Assembly: GCA_002189035.1 (NCBI GenBank)
Contig: NEEC01000010.1
Coordinates: 1,798,001 to 1,862,000, forward strand
From: Utricularia gibba
Taxonomy: Eukaryota; Plantae; Magnoliophyta
Direction: 5' to 3'
DNA length: 64,000 nt
Below, one piece after another: positions 62,532-64,000 of the stretch (the first letter of the stretch is position 1; each line of letters starts with the position of its first letter). The notes below the pieces were generated by a model. The model did not search any database and had not been told where the DNA came from. It was given only the letters and a program-made list of their open reading frames with translations. The translations under genes were made by a program, and so were the position numbers.

Positions 62532-62935
62532 CTGCCACCACACCCCACTCCCGTATAATGTATTCATCCATATCCAACATTCACTGGCGGACCGAGTGGG
62601 GTGGGGTGGGGCGCAGGCGGGGGCCCTCGCCCCCCTAACTCCTCCATTTCACCCCTAACCCACCCAATGCGAGGGTAGTTTATAAAATTATCCATATCTG
62701 ATTTATGTCTCACACACTAAATATAAAAAATTATATATACGATGGGTAATTTTTTCATACAGTATTTTAACAGTAGTTAATTTTCAAAATCAACTCCCAA
62801 TTCCGATCACTGCCACCACTCCCCACTCCGGTATAATATATTCATCCATATCCAACATTCACTGGCGGACCGAGTGGGGGTGGGGTGGGGCGCAGGCAGG
62901 GGCCCTCGCCCCCCCTAACTGCTCCATTTCACCCC
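62532..62935 (+). repeat. About 125-bp direct repeat (62532-62655 and 62810-62935) containing a MITE-terminus-like, G-quadruplex-forming segment
   Basis: Near-identical copies of ctgccaccac.ccccactcc.gtataat.tattcatccatatccaacattcactggcggaccgagtggggtggggtggggcgcaggc.ggggccctcgccccc, separated by about 150 bp of AT-rich DNA. Confidence 0.85.
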
Positions 62936-64000
62936 CCCCCCTCCCCCCAATCCGATCCTGATTTAGAATACTGGTAGACATATGTGTGATAAAAACGGTA
63001 AAATTGATTAAATTTACTTATAAATTGTGCTATAGGTTTTTATCTTATTATATAAGATTGAAATTAACATTTTTTTTAAATGACTCCTCGAACCATTTCA
63101 CCAATTTCTTTTTTTTTTAATTATTCACCTTAATTTCTTCATTTTCTTTTTCATGCAGTTGTTCATTTTTTACTCATTGAAAACAACCCAATTAAATATT
63201 AAGTTACAAATTTACTTAAGTTTTGAAAAATTTTCTGAAACTATTTTACTTTTTTAAAATTATCTTAGAAAAATAGAAACAAAAAGTAAATGTAATCTAT
63301 TTATTAATTTTCTAAAAATAATTTTTTAATACAATTTTAAAAATATTGATATAATTATTTTTATAATTGATATTTTTCTAAAATAAAATTATTTTTATTT
63401 TTTAAAAAGTAGAAATAGACTTCAAAAAATTTTCAGAATAGTAATTTAGATACAAAAATCGTATTTCATTAAGGAGGTTAGATACAATGTCGTACAATTT
63501 AAGTTTTGATTAAATACAAAATTAATCGGAAGAATTATACTTTTCACTCTCAATATATTTTAAAAATACATTTATATTATTATATTAAATTATATAATAA
63601 TTTAATCTATTAAATTTTATAAATATATAATTTTATATTATCTTACAAAATAGTTTTACATTCTAAAAATTAAATTTATTCATAAAATCTTAAAATTCAT
63701 TATATTCTACGGGAATATTTTTAGGTTATGGAATCGAATAATGTGTCGGATGAGCGGGTGACTCGTGTTGGATTCGATGTTGTTTTAGATCCTTTGTGGG
63801 AATCATTCTACTGGATGTCTGGTGGGTAAAGGATTACTGTTTTATTCGTACCTGTGCCTCTTGATTCTAGGCTATCCTATTGGCATTTATTACACCGTGA
63901 CGAGGAGTAGCAGTAGTGTACTACTATTGCGTGTATTCATAGATTTTGTATTTGATAATCTGAAATGCAAAAAAACCAGTCTCTTACTTTGCCTGTTCTC

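Noticed and set aside
63725-64000. Possible LTR fragment at the window end
   Set aside because: It is truncated by the window edge, and no termini, PBS or target-site duplication are visible.

Overview
This is gene-dense plant (eudicot) nuclear DNA with short GT-AG introns and AT-rich spacers. I can build about 20 apparently intact intron-aware gene models. In order: NRAMP transporter (5' end outside the window), a small uncharacterised protein, TGD5, an MPV17/PXMP2 protein, a second small protein, a secreted Pro-rich peptide precursor, a class II LBD, ZAT10-like C2H2, APT, a CUE/ASCC2-like protein, an IFRD/SAT32-like protein, a PUB4-like ARM-repeat protein, CSA/ERCC8, a ZCF37-like protein, WLIM1, a SOFL-like protein, HEMA, a DTX48-clade MATE, an RLK7-like LRR-RLK and an RBR E3 ligase. 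Interleaved with them are two clearly disabled gene copies that keep their introns (TAF4B-like and UFC1), several fainter unidentified coding-like relics, a probable solo LTR, an AT-rich foldback element, and a duplicated G-rich MITE-like fragment. The best-supported unusual pattern is in-place decay of housekeeping genes, as expected after genome duplication. The best novel-gene candidate is the three-exon secreted peptide precursor that the ORF track splits apart. I found no CRISPR array, rRNA, tRNA or convincing miRNA hairpin, and nothing that I can support as a wholly new biological system. Family assignments come from my recall of motifs, not from database searches.
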